Assembly (NCBI GenBank): GCA_036826375.1
Contig: DAISWL010000002.1
Location: 37,157-101,156 of the forward strand
DNA: 64,000 nt
From: Candidatus Saccharimonadota bacterium
GTDB taxonomy: Bacteria > Patescibacteriota > Saccharimonadia > Saccharimonadales > HK-STAS-PATE-42
Direction of reading: 5' to 3'
Shown here: one piece after another, positions 1 to 10,703 of the stretch
Numbering within the stretch: the stretch's first letter is position 1
How the letters are laid out: each line of letters opens with the position of its first letter
Position numbers and translations under genes: made by a program
The notes under the pieces: model-generated
The model's input: only the letters and a program-made list of their open reading frames with translations
Told to the model about the DNA's origin: nothing
Database searches by the model: none

Positions 1-227
1 AGCTTCAATGTTTTTAGCAGATATGTTTAGTTTTTGTTCAATTAAGCTTAAGAAGTTGGCTAGTGAATTGGAGAAATCCGATTCAGAAATTTTCTGGATA
101 GGCTGGCTATTGATGGTTAATCCAAAATTGCCAGTACCGCCAGTTTCATAATAAGCATTTAGTAAGTTTTTTTTGCCAGAAAAAAGAGAGTATTCATAAC
201 TACTACTGCCAGGGTTGATTGCTAACG

Positions 228-2582
228 TTAAAAATTCCATCGCCAATTTTCAATCTCCGGCATATCAATTCCATTTTGCTCGATGTAGTTTTTATGTTCA
301 AGAAGTCTCTTTTGCATATCAACTTTTAGCACCTGGCCAGCATCGCCTAATTCTAAACGGTCAACAACATCTATAACAAGATTAAAACGATCCATCTTAT
401 TCATAACGGTCATATCAAAAGCAGTAGTAATAGTTCCCTCTTCTATATAGCCTCTAACGTGAAGCTTTTTATTGGCCCTTTTATAGGTTAAGCGATGTAT
501 CAACCAAGGGTAACCATGGAAGGCGAAAACTACAAGTTTATCTTTTGTGAACAATTCATCAAACTCTAAACTACTTAAACCGTGCGGATGATCGGCTCCA
601 TCTTCTAGCATCATTAAATCTACTACATTAACGTAGCGAATCTTAAGTTTAGGCAAACGATCACGCAAAATGGAAACAGCAGCTAAAGTTTCTAGGGTTG
701 GTACATCGCCAGCACTTGCAATAACTACATCTGGGTCGCCGTCGTCATCGTTGGATGCCCACTCCCAACGGCTGATTCCTCTTGAACAATGTTCAATGGC
801 CTGCTCCATAGTCAGCCACTGCCTACTATCGTGTTTATCGCAGATAACTAGATTAATGTAATTTCGTGACTGCAGAATATGATCCATAACTGAGAGCAAA
901 GTGTTGGCATCGGGCGGTAAATATATTCTGGTTGTTTCAGCTTTTTTATTAATTAAGTGATCGATAAACCCGGGATCTTGATGAGTGAAACCGTTATGAT
1001 CTTGTCGCCATACGTGCGAAGTTAATAGATAGTTAAGCGATGCAATTGGATCTCGCCAACTAATCTCAGAAGACATTTTGATCCATTTAGCATGTTGATT
1101 TAACATTGAATCAACAATTCGGATAAACGCCTCGTAACTATGAAATAAACCGTGCCTTCCAGTTAGTAGATATCCTTCCAACCAGCCTTGGCACTGATGC
1201 TCACTCAGCATTGAATCGTGTACCATCCCTTGTGGAGCTAGAAACTCATCAGTTTTTTCTGTATCGGCATCCCATTGACGGTTAGTTGCTTCAAAAACGG
1301 CATCCAGTTTATTGGATACAGTTTCATCAGGCCCGAAAATTCTGAAATTAGATTGCTCATGATTAAGCTTAATAATATCTCGCAAGAAAGTTCCGGTTAC
1401 GGCAGTGTTGCTGGCCATTACACCACCGGGGGAGGATAATTTTAGTTCGTAATCACGAAAATCTGGCATGTGCAGTTCTCGGAGTAAGCTCCCGCCGTTA
1501 GCGTGCTTATTTGCTCCCATGCGTTTGTTGCCGTTCGGCGACATCTCTTGTAATTCGGGGATTAGTTGCCCATTTTTATCAAACAATTCATTAGGCCGAT
1601 AACTTTTGAGCCACTTTTCTAACTTGGCTACATTTTCAGGATGAGATTCATCTACCGGCAAAGGAACTTGATGCGAGCGGAAGTTGCCCTCTATTTTATG
1701 CCCGTCAACAACTTTGGGGCCCGTCCAGCCCTTAGGAGTTCTTAAGATGATCATCGGCCACTTAGGTCTGGTTGTATCGTTTTTAGATCGAGCATATTGT
1801 TGAATTTTGGCAATCTTATCCATGGCGTAATCTAATTTTTTAGACATTAAACGATGCATAGTCATTGGATCATCACCTTCAACAAAGATTGGCTCATAGC
1901 CATATCCTTCGAAAAGTTTTTGTAACTCATCGTGATCAATTCGAGCCAGAATTGTAGGGTTGCTAATTTTATATCCATTAAGATGTAAAATCGGCAAAAC
2001 TACTCCGTCGGTTATGGGATTAAGCATTTTATTAGAATGCCAAGCCGTAGCTAGTGGCCCAGTTTCCGCTTCGCCATCGCCAACAACACAGGCAACTATT
2101 AAATCGGGGTTATCAAAAACCGCACCAAAAGCATGTGAAAGCGAATAGCCTAGTTCACCGCCTTCATGTATAGATCCTGGAATATGCGGAGAAACATGGC
2201 TAGGTAGCCCGCCCGGGAAAGAAAAAGTTTTAAACAGCTTACCCATGCCTATTTCATCATAAGTAATTTTAGGGTAATGATCTGTAAAAGTACCCTCTAA
2301 ATATGTATTACCAACTAACGCCGGACCTCCGTGACCAGGGCCAGAAATATAAAGTACGTCTACATCTCGCTCTATGATAACCCTGTTTAAATGCGCATAA
2401 ATAAAGTTCTGCCCCGGAGTTGTTCCCCAGTGACCAAGTAAATTATTTTTTATATCACTAAGCTTAAGCGGACGTCGAAGCAAAGGATTATCTCGCAAAT
2501 ATATTTGCCCTACTGATAGATAATTTGCCGCTCTCCAGTAAGCATTAAGTTTAGCTAGATATTCATCGCTAGTTGTATTCAT
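228..2582 (-). CDS. xfp: xylulose-5-phosphate/fructose-6-phosphate phosphoketolase
   Basis: 784-aa ORF; full-length similarity to phosphoketolases recalled from memory (TPP-binding GDGE region, conserved N-terminus [22 protein letters not shown]). TAA stop at 228-230. Confidence 0.88.
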   Translation of the reverse strand: MNTTSDEYLAKLNAYWRAANYLSVGQIYLRDNPLLRRPLKLSDIKNNLLGHWGTTPGQNFIYAHLNRVIIERDVDVLYISGPGHGGPALVGNTYLEGTFTDHYPKITYDEIGMGKLFKTFSFPGGLPSHVSPHIPGSIHEGGELGYSLSHAFGAVFDNPDLIVACVVGDGEAETGPLATAWHSNKMLNPITDGVVLPILHLNGYKISNPTILARIDHDELQKLFEGYGYEPIFVEGDDPMTMHRLMSKKLDYAMDKIAKIQQYARSKNDTTRPKWPMIILRTPKGWTGPKVVDGHKIEGNFRSHQVPLPVDESHPENVAKLEKWLKSYRPNELFDKNGQLIPELQEMSPNGNKRMGANKHANGGSLLRELHMPDFRDYELKLSSPGGVMASNTAVTGTFLRDIIKLNHEQSNFRIFGPDETVSNKLDAVFEATNRQWDADTEKTDEFLAPQGMVHDSMLSEHQCQGWLEGYLLTGRHGLFHSYEAFIRIVDSMLNQHAKWIKMSSEISWRDPIASLNYLLTSHVWRQDHNGFTHQDPGFIDHLINKKAETTRIYLPPDANTLLSVMDHILQSRNYINLVICDKHDSRQWLTMEQAIEHCSRGISRWEWASNDDDGDPDVVIASAGDVPTLETLAAVSILRDRLPKLKIRYVNVVDLMMLEDGADHPHGLSSLEFDELFTKDKLVVFAFHGYPWLIHRLTYKRANKKLHVRGYIEEGTITTAFDMTVMNKMDRFNLVIDVVDRLELGDAGQVLKVDMQKRLLEHKNYIEQNGIDMPEIENWRWNF

Positions 2583-2900
2583 ATTACTCCCCTTTATGTC
2601 TATATATTAGCATAACCGCTACTTAAACTTAATGAAAGAAACGATAGCTACGGAAAATTGGAAGGCGGGAAAAATAATCCCAAACTTAAAAATATATTAG
2701 GATACCAAAAACAATTACTTTAAGATAAAGTAATGAATACAGCTTTAAATACCACAAATATAAATTCATGATTAAACGTTTATGTGTTTTTGTTTTAGGC
2801 GGTCAGTCACGATTACCTGTTAACTTAAGCTTAGCACAGAATAAGCGGTTTGAATAGTCTTGAAAATTATGCTATTATATCTTTTTAAGATTGAATTTTT

Positions 2901-3386
2901 ATGGAATTATCTGATTTAAAAAACCATGATCTGAGGTCTAGCCTTTATTGGGCTTTAGCTGGCGGTAAGTTAAGGCAAGCTCTAGGATGCCTACCCACCG
3001 AAGGAGTAAATAAAAGATATCCCGTTTCTGATAGTGGGCAAGGTTCAGTTGCTAACACTCTTATTATCGGAGCCATTAGCCCTGAAAACATAACACCAGA
3101 GAAAGGCGAATTGAGCTTAACTACACTAACCTCTGGTATTTCTGTTGTACGATTATCATTCGCCCAACCGGTTAATAAAATTGAATTACGAGATTTAACC
3201 ATATCGGGGAGGCCTAAAACCTACACGCCAGAAAGCCCTATTACAGGCTTAGCTTTTGGTTATACCAATTGGCGAACAGGCTTGTTTGGTATTGATCCGG
3301 AAAATAATATATCTGAAGCTTTTGATAGAACCCTAACTGGGGCTTTTGCCTCGCTGGCGTTATCTAGGGCTATGGGGCTCAGATAG
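2901..3386 (+). CDS. hypothetical protein (161 aa), uncertain
   Basis: 161-codon stop-free ORF in an AT-rich region, improbable by chance. Extended -10-like TGcTATTAT at 2861-2869 upstream. No recognisable domain, and an 85-aa ORF overlaps on the other strand, so it could be non-coding. Confidence 0.3.
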   Translation: MELSDLKNHDLRSSLYWALAGGKLRQALGCLPTEGVNKRYPVSDSGQGSVANTLIIGAISPENITPEKGELSLTTLTSGISVVRLSFAQPVNKIELRDLTISGRPKTYTPESPITGLAFGYTNWRTGLFGIDPENNISEAFDRTLTGAFASLALSRAMGLR

Positions 3387-3518
3387 ATAGTAAACTTAAG
3401 CCTCGATAGTAGCTTCTGTTACACGCCTATTATTTAATGGGGCGTACCCGAGCATAAACCCTGATTCTTGAACTATAATTTCACAGTTTAAATTCGCCTT
3501 AAGCTTAGCAGATGCTAC

Positions 3519-3555
3519 ATCTTCAAAACCGGCGGGGAATTGAAGATGTAGTATC
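3519..3555. terminator. perfect 12-bp inverted repeat hairpin (CTACATCTTCAA...TTGAAGATGTAG) between the hypothetical ORF and the fusA 3' end
   Basis: Seen directly in the sequence. No clear U-tract on either side, so role as a terminator is tentative. Confidence 0.3.
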
Positions 3556-3573
3556 ATGAACAACTGGACCTCT

Positions 3574-5646
3574 TTAGCCTTTTTTGCTAGCAACGGCCTC
3601 AGCAACGTGAGCAGGAGTTTCTTCGTAGTGGCTAAGTTCCATGGTTGAACTAGCTCGGCCCTGGCTCATGCTTCTAAGATCGGTAGTGTAGCCAAACATT
3701 TCTGCTAGTGGTACGTAGCCGATAATTACTTTTACGCCAGGTCTATCTTCCATTTCGTCAATTCTACCACGACGAGAGTTTAAATCACCGATGACGTCGC
3801 CCATGAAATCTTCAGGAGTAACCACTTCTACTTTCATGATAGGTTCTAGTAGGATCGGCTGAGCTTTTTTAGCTCCATCTCTGAATGCCATGCTTCCAGC
3901 AATTTTAAAGGCCATTTCATTTGAATCCACATCATGGTAACTTCCATCGTAAAGTTCTGCTTTGACGTCTACAACTGGGAATCCGGCTACAACACCGTTG
4001 TTCATAGCTTCTTCGACACCATGTTTCACAGCTGGGATGTATTCACTTGGTACGACACCACCTTTAATTGAGTTTACAAACTCGAAACCGGATCCAGCTT
4101 CAAGAGCTGAAAGTCGTAGCCAAACATCTCCATATTGACCACGTCCACCTGATTGCTTAATGTATTTACCTTGGATCTCAGTACTACCCTTGATAGTTTC
4201 GCGGTAAGCAACTTGGGGTTGGCCAACGTTAGCCTCAACGCTAAATTCGCGTTTCATTCTATCTACGATGATGTCTAGATGTAGCTCTCCCATTCCGGAG
4301 ATGATTGTTTGACCGGTTTCATGATCTACTCTTACCCTGAATGTAGGATCTTCTTCTGCTAGGCGCTGCAAAGCAATAGACATTTTCTCTTGATCTTGCT
4401 TAGTTTTAGGTTCAATAGCGATTGAAACTGGAGGGTCTGGGAAATCTATACTTTCCAAGATGATCGGATTAGCCTGATCACAAAGAGTATTACCAGTTGT
4501 AGTATTCTTTAAACCAACCATTGCAGCAATGTCTCCAGCACTAACCTCTTGTACTTCTTCGCGTGAGTTTGCGTGCATCCTTAAGATGCGACCAACTCTT
4601 TCTTTATCTCCAGTAGAACTGTTGTAGATGTAGCTACCAGCCGTAACCTTACCGCTATAAACGCGGAAAAATGCCAGCTTACCAACAAAAGGATCGGTTG
4701 CTATTTTAAAGGCGAGTGCGGAAAATGGCTCGCTTTCACTAGGCTTTCTTTCGACTTCATCATCAGTTTTTGGATGAGTACCCCAGTTAGAGCCTCTATC
4801 GATTGGCGAAGGTAAGTAGGCAACCATTAAATCTAATAATTTTTCTACAATCACGCCACGGCCATCTCCACCGGAAACTAAGAAGAAATCACCTTTTAGA
4901 ACTTGCGCTCTGAGGCCTGCTATTAACTCTTCATTACTAATGGCTTCTTCGCCTTTTTCTAAGAACTTCTCAAGCAACTCATCGCTACTCTCAACTGCGG
5001 CCTCAACTAATAGAGAGCGGTATCGAGTAGCCTTCTCTTGCATATCTTCCGGGATATTTCCCTCTATCAACTCTTTGTCGGTGAAATCTTTATAGCTATA
5101 TGCTTTCATTGTTATAAGATCAATAACACCGTTGATGCTTTGTTCGAATCCGATTGGCAAGTGAACCGGGAAAGCTCTCTTGGTTAAACGCTTATGAATG
5201 CTTTCTAGAGATTTGTAGAAATCACCACCGGTTTGGTTAATTTTATTAATAAAGCAAATACGTGGAACTTTATATTTATCAGCTTGACGCCAAACGGTTT
5301 CACTCTGAGATTCCACGCCCATTTTTCCATCGAAAACAGTAACGGCACCATCAAGCACACGAAGTGAGCGCTCAACCTCAACGGTAAAATCAATATGTCC
5401 AGGAGTATCAATAATGTTAATTTGATGACCACCCCAAAAACAAGTAGTGGCGGCTGAGGTAATCGTGATGCCACGCTCTCTTTCTTGAGCCATCCAATCC
5501 ATAGTGGCTTCGCCATCATGAACGGCTCCAATTTTATGTTTAACACCGGTGCGGTATAAAATACCTTCTGTTGTGGTAGTTTTACCAGCGTCAATATGAG
5601 CAATGATTCCAACATTGCGTAGTTTAGTTAAATCTGCGTTCGCCAC
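3574..5646 (-). CDS. fusA: translation elongation factor G
   Basis: 690 aa; N-terminal G domain [20 protein letters not shown]; EF-G-like throughout. Confidence 0.95.
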   Translation of the reverse strand: MANADLTKLRNVGIIAHIDAGKTTTTEGILYRTGVKHKIGAVHDGEATMDWMAQERERGITITSAATTCFWGGHQINIIDTPGHIDFTVEVERSLRVLDGAVTVFDGKMGVESQSETVWRQADKYKVPRICFINKINQTGGDFYKSLESIHKRLTKRAFPVHLPIGFEQSINGVIDLITMKAYSYKDFTDKELIEGNIPEDMQEKATRYRSLLVEAAVESSDELLEKFLEKGEEAISNEELIAGLRAQVLKGDFFLVSGGDGRGVIVEKLLDLMVAYLPSPIDRGSNWGTHPKTDDEVERKPSESEPFSALAFKIATDPFVGKLAFFRVYSGKVTAGSYIYNSSTGDKERVGRILRMHANSREEVQEVSAGDIAAMVGLKNTTTGNTLCDQANPIILESIDFPDPPVSIAIEPKTKQDQEKMSIALQRLAEEDPTFRVRVDHETGQTIISGMGELHLDIIVDRMKREFSVEANVGQPQVAYRETIKGSTEIQGKYIKQSGGRGQYGDVWLRLSALEAGSGFEFVNSIKGGVVPSEYIPAVKHGVEEAMNNGVVAGFPVVDVKAELYDGSYHDVDSNEMAFKIAGSMAFRDGAKKAQPILLEPIMKVEVVTPEDFMGDVIGDLNSRRGRIDEMEDRPGVKVIIGYVPLAEMFGYTTDLRSMSQGRASSTMELSHYEETPAHVAEAVASKKG

Positions 5647-5799
5647 TACTGTTTCCTCCTGTTTTGATTAATTTATTTCAATTTTTATAGATTATTATAG
5701 TTTCGTTTGATCTTAAATCTATTGATTGAGTATGTATAGGCGCTTCTACGTTGCTTAAGCTTAATCTCGAGATAGTTTACTGAATAATATGCGATGCGC

Positions 5800-6279
5800 T
5801 TAGCTTCTAGCGAAATGAGCGAAAGCTCGGTTGGCTTCTGCCATTTTATGAACGTCTTCCTTCTTTTTCACAGCTGCTCCCGAATTATTATAAGCGTCTA
5901 CAATTTCGGTGCTTAATCTTCTAGAAAAAGGCATACCTTTTTTACTTCTAACCGCAGCGATAAACCACATTAAGCCTAAGTGAGTTCTTCTGTGGCCCTG
6001 TACGGGAAAAGGAACTTGGTAATTAGCTCCTCCTACGCGACGGCCCTTAACTTCAAACTCTGGCCATACGTTCTTTAAAGCGCCTTCAAGTGCCTCTAAT
6101 GGATTTTCAAGCTCTAGCTTTTTAGCGGCTTCTTCCATCGCTTGGTAGATTCTTTTTTCGGCAGCAGTTTTCTTGCCATCGAGCATAGATTTATTTATTA
6201 ATCTTTGCACTAAAACGGAGTTGTAAACTCTATCGGGATTAGGAATTCTTTGTAGGGATTTAGTTTTTTTCCTCGGCAT
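5800..6279 (-). CDS. rpsG: 30S ribosomal protein S7
   Basis: 159 aa, begins [16 protein letters not shown], typical S7; stop TAA at 5800-5802. Confidence 0.95.
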   Translation of the reverse strand: MPRKKTKSLQRIPNPDRVYNSVLVQRLINKSMLDGKKTAAEKRIYQAMEEAAKKLELENPLEALEGALKNVWPEFEVKGRRVGGANYQVPFPVQGHRRTHLGLMWFIAAVRSKKGMPFSRRLSTEIVDAYNNSGAAVKKKEDVHKMAEANRAFAHFARS

Positions 6280-6692
6280 TACTTGCTCTCCTTTTTAACA
6301 CCATATTTAGAACGGCTAGTTTTTCTGTCTTTAACACCCTGAAGATCTAGATTTCCACGAACAATATGGTATTTTACACCAGGAAGATCGGGGACTCTAC
6401 CACCACGAACTAAAACCGCGGCATGCTCTTGTAGATTATGACCTTCCCCGGGGATGTAAGCCCATATCTCATGGCCATTAGTTAGGCGAACACGAGCAAC
6501 TTTACGCAAGGCTGAGTTAGGTTTTTTAGGGGTTTTAGTTGTAACCTTAACGCACACACCTCTTTTAAAAGGCGAAGGTTTAATGTAAGATTTATTCTTC
6601 AAAGAATCTACCACTAAGCGTAAAGCTTGGGATTTGTATTTTTTAGCCGCAGTTTTTCTGGGCTTTCTGACCAACTGGTTAATTGTCGGCAT
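6279..6692 (-). CDS. rpsL: 30S ribosomal protein S12
   Basis: 137 aa, begins [13 protein letters not shown]; TAA stop overlaps the rpsG ATG (TAATG). Confidence 0.95.
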   Translation of the reverse strand: MPTINQLVRKPRKTAAKKYKSQALRLVVDSLKNKSYIKPSPFKRGVCVKVTTKTPKKPNSALRKVARVRLTNGHEIWAYIPGEGHNLQEHAAVLVRGGRVPDLPGVKYHIVRGNLDLQGVKDRKTSRSKYGVKKESK

Positions 6693-6864
6693 TAACTATT
6701 TCTCCTTATATTTTAGATATCCATTAAGTTTAAAACAGCTGTTTCTTTTCAAGATTTAAGCCGTTCTAATCGAAACAGTTTAGATAGTAACTCAGCAATT
6801 TCACTAAAGCCAAACTGTTTCAACATTTAATTCACGAAACTCTTTGATCTTAATATTAACCTAT

Positions 6865-9432
6865 TTAGACAATTACTTCAAGTTCTTCCTGACTGGGGCT
6901 CTTTTTCTCATTCTCTACACCGGTTCCTACTGGTATCTTTCTACCTATAATCACGTTTTCTTTTAGACCGTAGAGTTTATCTACCCTGCCACTTGTCGCA
7001 GCCCCAATGAGTACTCTATTGGTATCCTGGAAGCTGGCAGCAGAAAGGAAGCTATCACTAGCAGTAGAAACTTTAGCGATACCTAGAAGCAATTGAGTAT
7101 ATTGAATTGGTTTTTTACCTTCAGATATAAGCCTTATATTTTCCTCGATAACTGTAGCTTTAGATACGATGTCACCCGTAACTAGCAGGCTGTCGCCGCT
7201 TTCATCTATTTGAACTCTACTGAACATTTGGCGAACTATTATTTCTACGTGCTTATCGGCAATATCTACACCTTGAGCCGCATACATAGCTAACATCTCG
7301 TTAATAATATAGCGTTGCGTAGCCTCGACCCCCTTAAATTTCATTAAATCATGCAAATTCAGAGAACCAGAGGTTAATCTATCTCCGGAGGCTATTTTAT
7401 CACCTTCGTTAACTACTAGTTGCTTAAACTTAGGGACCTTATATTTCAAAGATGTACTATGCATAGATGTCAAAATCAGCTTTTTAGATTCTGTATTTAT
7501 ACTCAACTTAGCGGCGAATGGAGCTACAATCGGGTTTGTTCCATCTTTCTTGGCCGCAATAGTATCTCCAGATATAACGTCACTTCCTTCGGTGATGTAA
7601 ATAATCCTATCTTCTATATTAAATTCTTCAACTCTTGCCCCATCAGGAGTTACGGTTACGGTAAACTCGCCTTCACCCTCTAATACAGAGACTATGCCGC
7701 CAACTTCAGTAACAATAGCTTGGCCCTTAGGGTTTCTAGCTTCAAGAAGCTCCTCGATACGTGGCAAACCTTGAGTCACATCATCTTCGATAGCCGAGCC
7801 CGCCTTATGCTTAGTATTTAATGTAAGTTGGGTACCGTATTCACCTATGGATTGAGCAGCTATAACCCCTACTGGCTGATTTGGCTTAACAAGCTGACCT
7901 GTGGCTAGATCCACACCATAAGATTTAGTGGAAACTCCCCTTAGATTAGAGCAAGTTAGAACGCTCATGATTCTGGCTTCACTAAGATCACTAGATTCAA
8001 TAGCCGCTGCCGCCTCTTTAGAGATTAGGCTATTCTTACTAACTAGAACTTCATTATTAACTATAATATCTTGAGCGGAATATCTACCTTGCAAGCGCTC
8101 ACCAAAACCACGATTTATAGATTCTGACTCTTCTCTAGTTATAATGTAGCCATGATCTTCCGTGTCTCTATCCACAGTGAAAATATCTTGAGCCACGTCA
8201 ACCATTTTCCTAGTCAAGTAGCCCGCATCAGCTGTCTTAAGCGCGGTATCAATAAGACCCTTACGAGATGCTCTAGTATCTATGTAATACTCAATTGGGG
8301 ATAATCCCTTTTTATAATTACTTCTTATTGGTAGTTCGATTTCCCTACCCAGAGCATCCACCACGACTCCCTTCATACCACTAACATTTTTAAACTGACC
8401 GACGCTACCTCTTGCTCCGGAGACCACAGCGATAGCCATGCTGGAATCTGTTTGGTTAAATTGTTCTTTAAATCTGTCTAGAACTTCCGTGTCTACATCT
8501 CTCCAGGCATTTATGGTTAGCCGTCTGCGCTCGCTATCAGTGATTAGACCATCTTCATAATCAGAGGTTATGGTCTCTACTTGAGATTCACCCTGCGCCA
8601 GCATCTCTGAAAGGCCATTAACGTCAGCGAAATCATCTATCCCAGCAGAAAGACCAGCTATGGTTGCATATTTGAAGCCAAGATCCTTAAGCTTATCAGC
8701 AACTTCAGCGGTTGTGTCGACTCCATACTTATCGAATATTTTAGACATAACTTTGCTAAGCAATTTGTTGGTCATAGGTTCGTTTTGATAGAGAAAATCT
8801 TCAGGTAGAACTTCATTAAAAAGTAATCTTCCGTATGTGGTAACAACTCTATTACCCTTAATATTAAGATCTATGTTTGACTGAAGTTTAATCAGACCAT
8901 TCTCGTAGGCATACTCTACCTCGTTAGCGCTACTAAATCTAATAGATTTATCATTTTCGGTGCCGTGTTTTTGATAAGTTAAGTAGTAGCACCCTAAAAC
9001 TATATCTTGAGTAATGTGTAAAATTGGGGATCCATCAGCAGGTTTTAACAAGTTCTTATTGGCAGCCATAATTGTTCTTGCCTCATGTTGAGATTCTTCG
9101 GAAAGAGGTAAATGAACGGCCATCTGGTCGCCATCGAAATCCGCATTAAAGCCTTGGCACACCAAAGGATGTAGCATTATAGCCTTGCCGCTAACTAATA
9201 CTGGCTTGAAAGCCTGGACAGATAGGCGGTGGAGAGTTGGAGCACGATTTAAAAGCACGTATTTTTCCTGAATAGAATCTTCCAAGGCGTCCCATATAAC
9301 GTCTTCACCGGATTCAATCATTCTAGATGCAGTTCTGATGTTATGTGCATAGTCACGTTGGATCAACCACCCCATGACGTAAGGTTTAAATAGCTCCATA
9401 GCCATAGTTTTTGGTATGCCACACTGATCCAT
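6865..9432 (-). CDS. rpoC: DNA-directed RNA polymerase beta-prime subunit, C-terminal segment (from the residue equivalent to E. coli ~L352 to the end)
   Basis: 855 aa, begins MDQCGIPKTMAMELFKPYV and contains the catalytic NADFDGDQMAVH. Colinear with E. coli beta-prime [18 protein letters not shown] onward. Confidence 0.9.
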   Translation of the reverse strand: MDQCGIPKTMAMELFKPYVMGWLIQRDYAHNIRTASRMIESGEDVIWDALEDSIQEKYVLLNRAPTLHRLSVQAFKPVLVSGKAIMLHPLVCQGFNADFDGDQMAVHLPLSEESQHEARTIMAANKNLLKPADGSPILHITQDIVLGCYYLTYQKHGTENDKSIRFSSANEVEYAYENGLIKLQSNIDLNIKGNRVVTTYGRLLFNEVLPEDFLYQNEPMTNKLLSKVMSKIFDKYGVDTTAEVADKLKDLGFKYATIAGLSAGIDDFADVNGLSEMLAQGESQVETITSDYEDGLITDSERRRLTINAWRDVDTEVLDRFKEQFNQTDSSMAIAVVSGARGSVGQFKNVSGMKGVVVDALGREIELPIRSNYKKGLSPIEYYIDTRASRKGLIDTALKTADAGYLTRKMVDVAQDIFTVDRDTEDHGYIITREESESINRGFGERLQGRYSAQDIIVNNEVLVSKNSLISKEAAAAIESSDLSEARIMSVLTCSNLRGVSTKSYGVDLATGQLVKPNQPVGVIAAQSIGEYGTQLTLNTKHKAGSAIEDDVTQGLPRIEELLEARNPKGQAIVTEVGGIVSVLEGEGEFTVTVTPDGARVEEFNIEDRIIYITEGSDVISGDTIAAKKDGTNPIVAPFAAKLSINTESKKLILTSMHSTSLKYKVPKFKQLVVNEGDKIASGDRLTSGSLNLHDLMKFKGVEATQRYIINEMLAMYAAQGVDIADKHVEIIVRQMFSRVQIDESGDSLLVTGDIVSKATVIEENIRLISEGKKPIQYTQLLLGIAKVSTASDSFLSAASFQDTNRVLIGAATSGRVDKLYGLKENVIIGRKIPVGTGVENEKKSPSQEELEVIV

Positions 9433-9438
9433 ACTTAG

Positions 9439-10701
9439 TTAGGGCCCGGATACAATTACGGATCGTCCCGAGTAATCTACACGCTTACCTAGAAGATTCT
9501 GGCGGAAACGACCCTGCTTGCCCTTTAAACTATCACTCAATGATTTAAGTTTACGTCTACCACCGGTTGAAGTTACTGGGCGACCATTTCTAGCTGCAGA
9601 ATTATCAATCAAAGCATCTACTGCCTCTTGGAGCATTCTGCGCTCATTCCTTTGGATTACCTCTGGAGCATTCAGATTAATAAGCTTCTTCAAACGGTTA
9701 TTGCGATTAATGACTCTCCTGTAGAGATCGTTAATATCACTAGTGGCGAACCTGCCGCCAGTTAGTTGAACCATTGGCCTTAGATCGGGAGGAATTACGG
9801 GTAGAGCTGTTGTACACATTGAAGATGGTTCTATCCCTGCCTGATACATACCTTCTAGTACCTTCAAACGCTTCATTATTTTTTTACGCCTTGCACCTTT
9901 GGCATCTTCAACTTCTTTATTTAGCTCAGCTGTAATATCCCTTAAATCGGTTTGGTCTAGTATAGTTTTCAAAGCCTCGCCGCCCATGCCAACGGTAATA
10001 ATATCAGCATAAGCATCAGTTAGATCACGATAGTCGGTCTCAGAGATCAAAGCGTACTTATTTAGGGATTCTAGCTTAGCCTTATTCATTAAGTAATCTT
10101 CCGTGAGCCCGTCTAACTCTTTACTACGCTCAGAAGCAAGCGCCTTAACGTCTACACCCTCTTCAGCCATTAGCTCTTCATACTTGTGATTAAGTTTAGC
10201 TTTATCCGCCTCAATAGTATTTTCTAATTCATCTAGCAAACTCTGCTTAGCCTCCTCGTCTACGTTCAATATTACATAGGAAGCAAAGTAAACAATTTTT
10301 TCTAGAGATTTTACAGTCATACCGGTAATCAAGCTTATGGCGCTAGGAAGCCCCTTTAAAAACCATATATGCGCAACTGGGGCCGCTAATAGAATATGAC
10401 CCATTCTTTCACGTCTAACTATAGAGCGAGTTACGAGTTCTCCGTTCTTATCTACTGCCATTTCTCTAGAGCGTATGCCCTTGAATTTAGCATCATTAGG
10501 ATTTATGTCTTTGACTGGTCCGAAGATTCTTTCACAAAATAGGCCGTCTTTCTCTGGTTTTTGCGTTCTATAGTTGATCGTCTCTGCTTTGGTGACTTCG
10601 CCGTGAGACCAGTTAAGTACATCCTCCATGGATGCTACCAAAAGCCTAATAGCTTCAAAATCTAAGTTTTTTTCATGGGCATTTCTAATATTAAAACTCA
10701 T
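9439..10701 (-). CDS. rpoC: DNA-directed RNA polymerase beta-prime subunit, N-terminal segment (ends ...GRSVIVSGP then TAA)
   Basis: 420 aa; ends [20 protein letters not shown], matching E. coli ...[14 protein letters not shown](Y). Same reading frame as the downstream segment, separated only by TAA-CTA-AGT before ATG. Confidence 0.9.
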   Translation of the reverse strand: MSFNIRNAHEKNLDFEAIRLLVASMEDVLNWSHGEVTKAETINYRTQKPEKDGLFCERIFGPVKDINPNDAKFKGIRSREMAVDKNGELVTRSIVRRERMGHILLAAPVAHIWFLKGLPSAISLITGMTVKSLEKIVYFASYVILNVDEEAKQSLLDELENTIEADKAKLNHKYEELMAEEGVDVKALASERSKELDGLTEDYLMNKAKLESLNKYALISETDYRDLTDAYADIITVGMGGEALKTILDQTDLRDITAELNKEVEDAKGARRKKIMKRLKVLEGMYQAGIEPSSMCTTALPVIPPDLRPMVQLTGGRFATSDINDLYRRVINRNNRLKKLINLNAPEVIQRNERRMLQEAVDALIDNSAARNGRPVTSTGGRRKLKSLSDSLKGKQGRFRQNLLGKRVDYSGRSVIVSGP

Positions 10702-10703
10702 AA

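Noticed and set aside
1-227. Possible 3' end of a plus-strand gene entering from the left edge (55-aa open frame ending ~165)
   Set aside because: Too short and featureless to assign; could equally be the xfp 3' UTR or terminator region.
2900-3600. Possible tmRNA or RNase P RNA in the xfp-fusA spacer (a CTGATTCTTGAAC stretch vaguely recalls the tmRNA 5' end)
   Set aside because: No GGGG-start plus matching 3' ...CCACCA acceptor pairing. No tag reading frame ending ...LAA-stop. No RNase P P4 sequences (AGGAAAGUCCGGGC / ACAGAACCCGGCUUA) on either strand.
3396-3605. 69-aa minus-strand ORF overlapping the fusA 3' end
   Set aside because: It overlaps the well-supported fusA CDS and the hairpin region and has no homology signal; judged spurious.
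6693-6864. Inverted repeats between rpoC and rpsL (GAAACAGTTT...AAACTGTTTC and AAACAGCTGTTT) as a defined regulatory RNA
   Set aside because: The stems are short with a ~30-nt loop and no U-tract; probably ordinary intergenic secondary structure or a weak terminator, not enough to call.
9427-9447. TAA being a reassigned sense codon, to explain the rpoC interruption
   Set aside because: TAA clearly terminates other genes here (rpsL, xfp, rpsG, the CYTH gene), so a global recoding is not supported.
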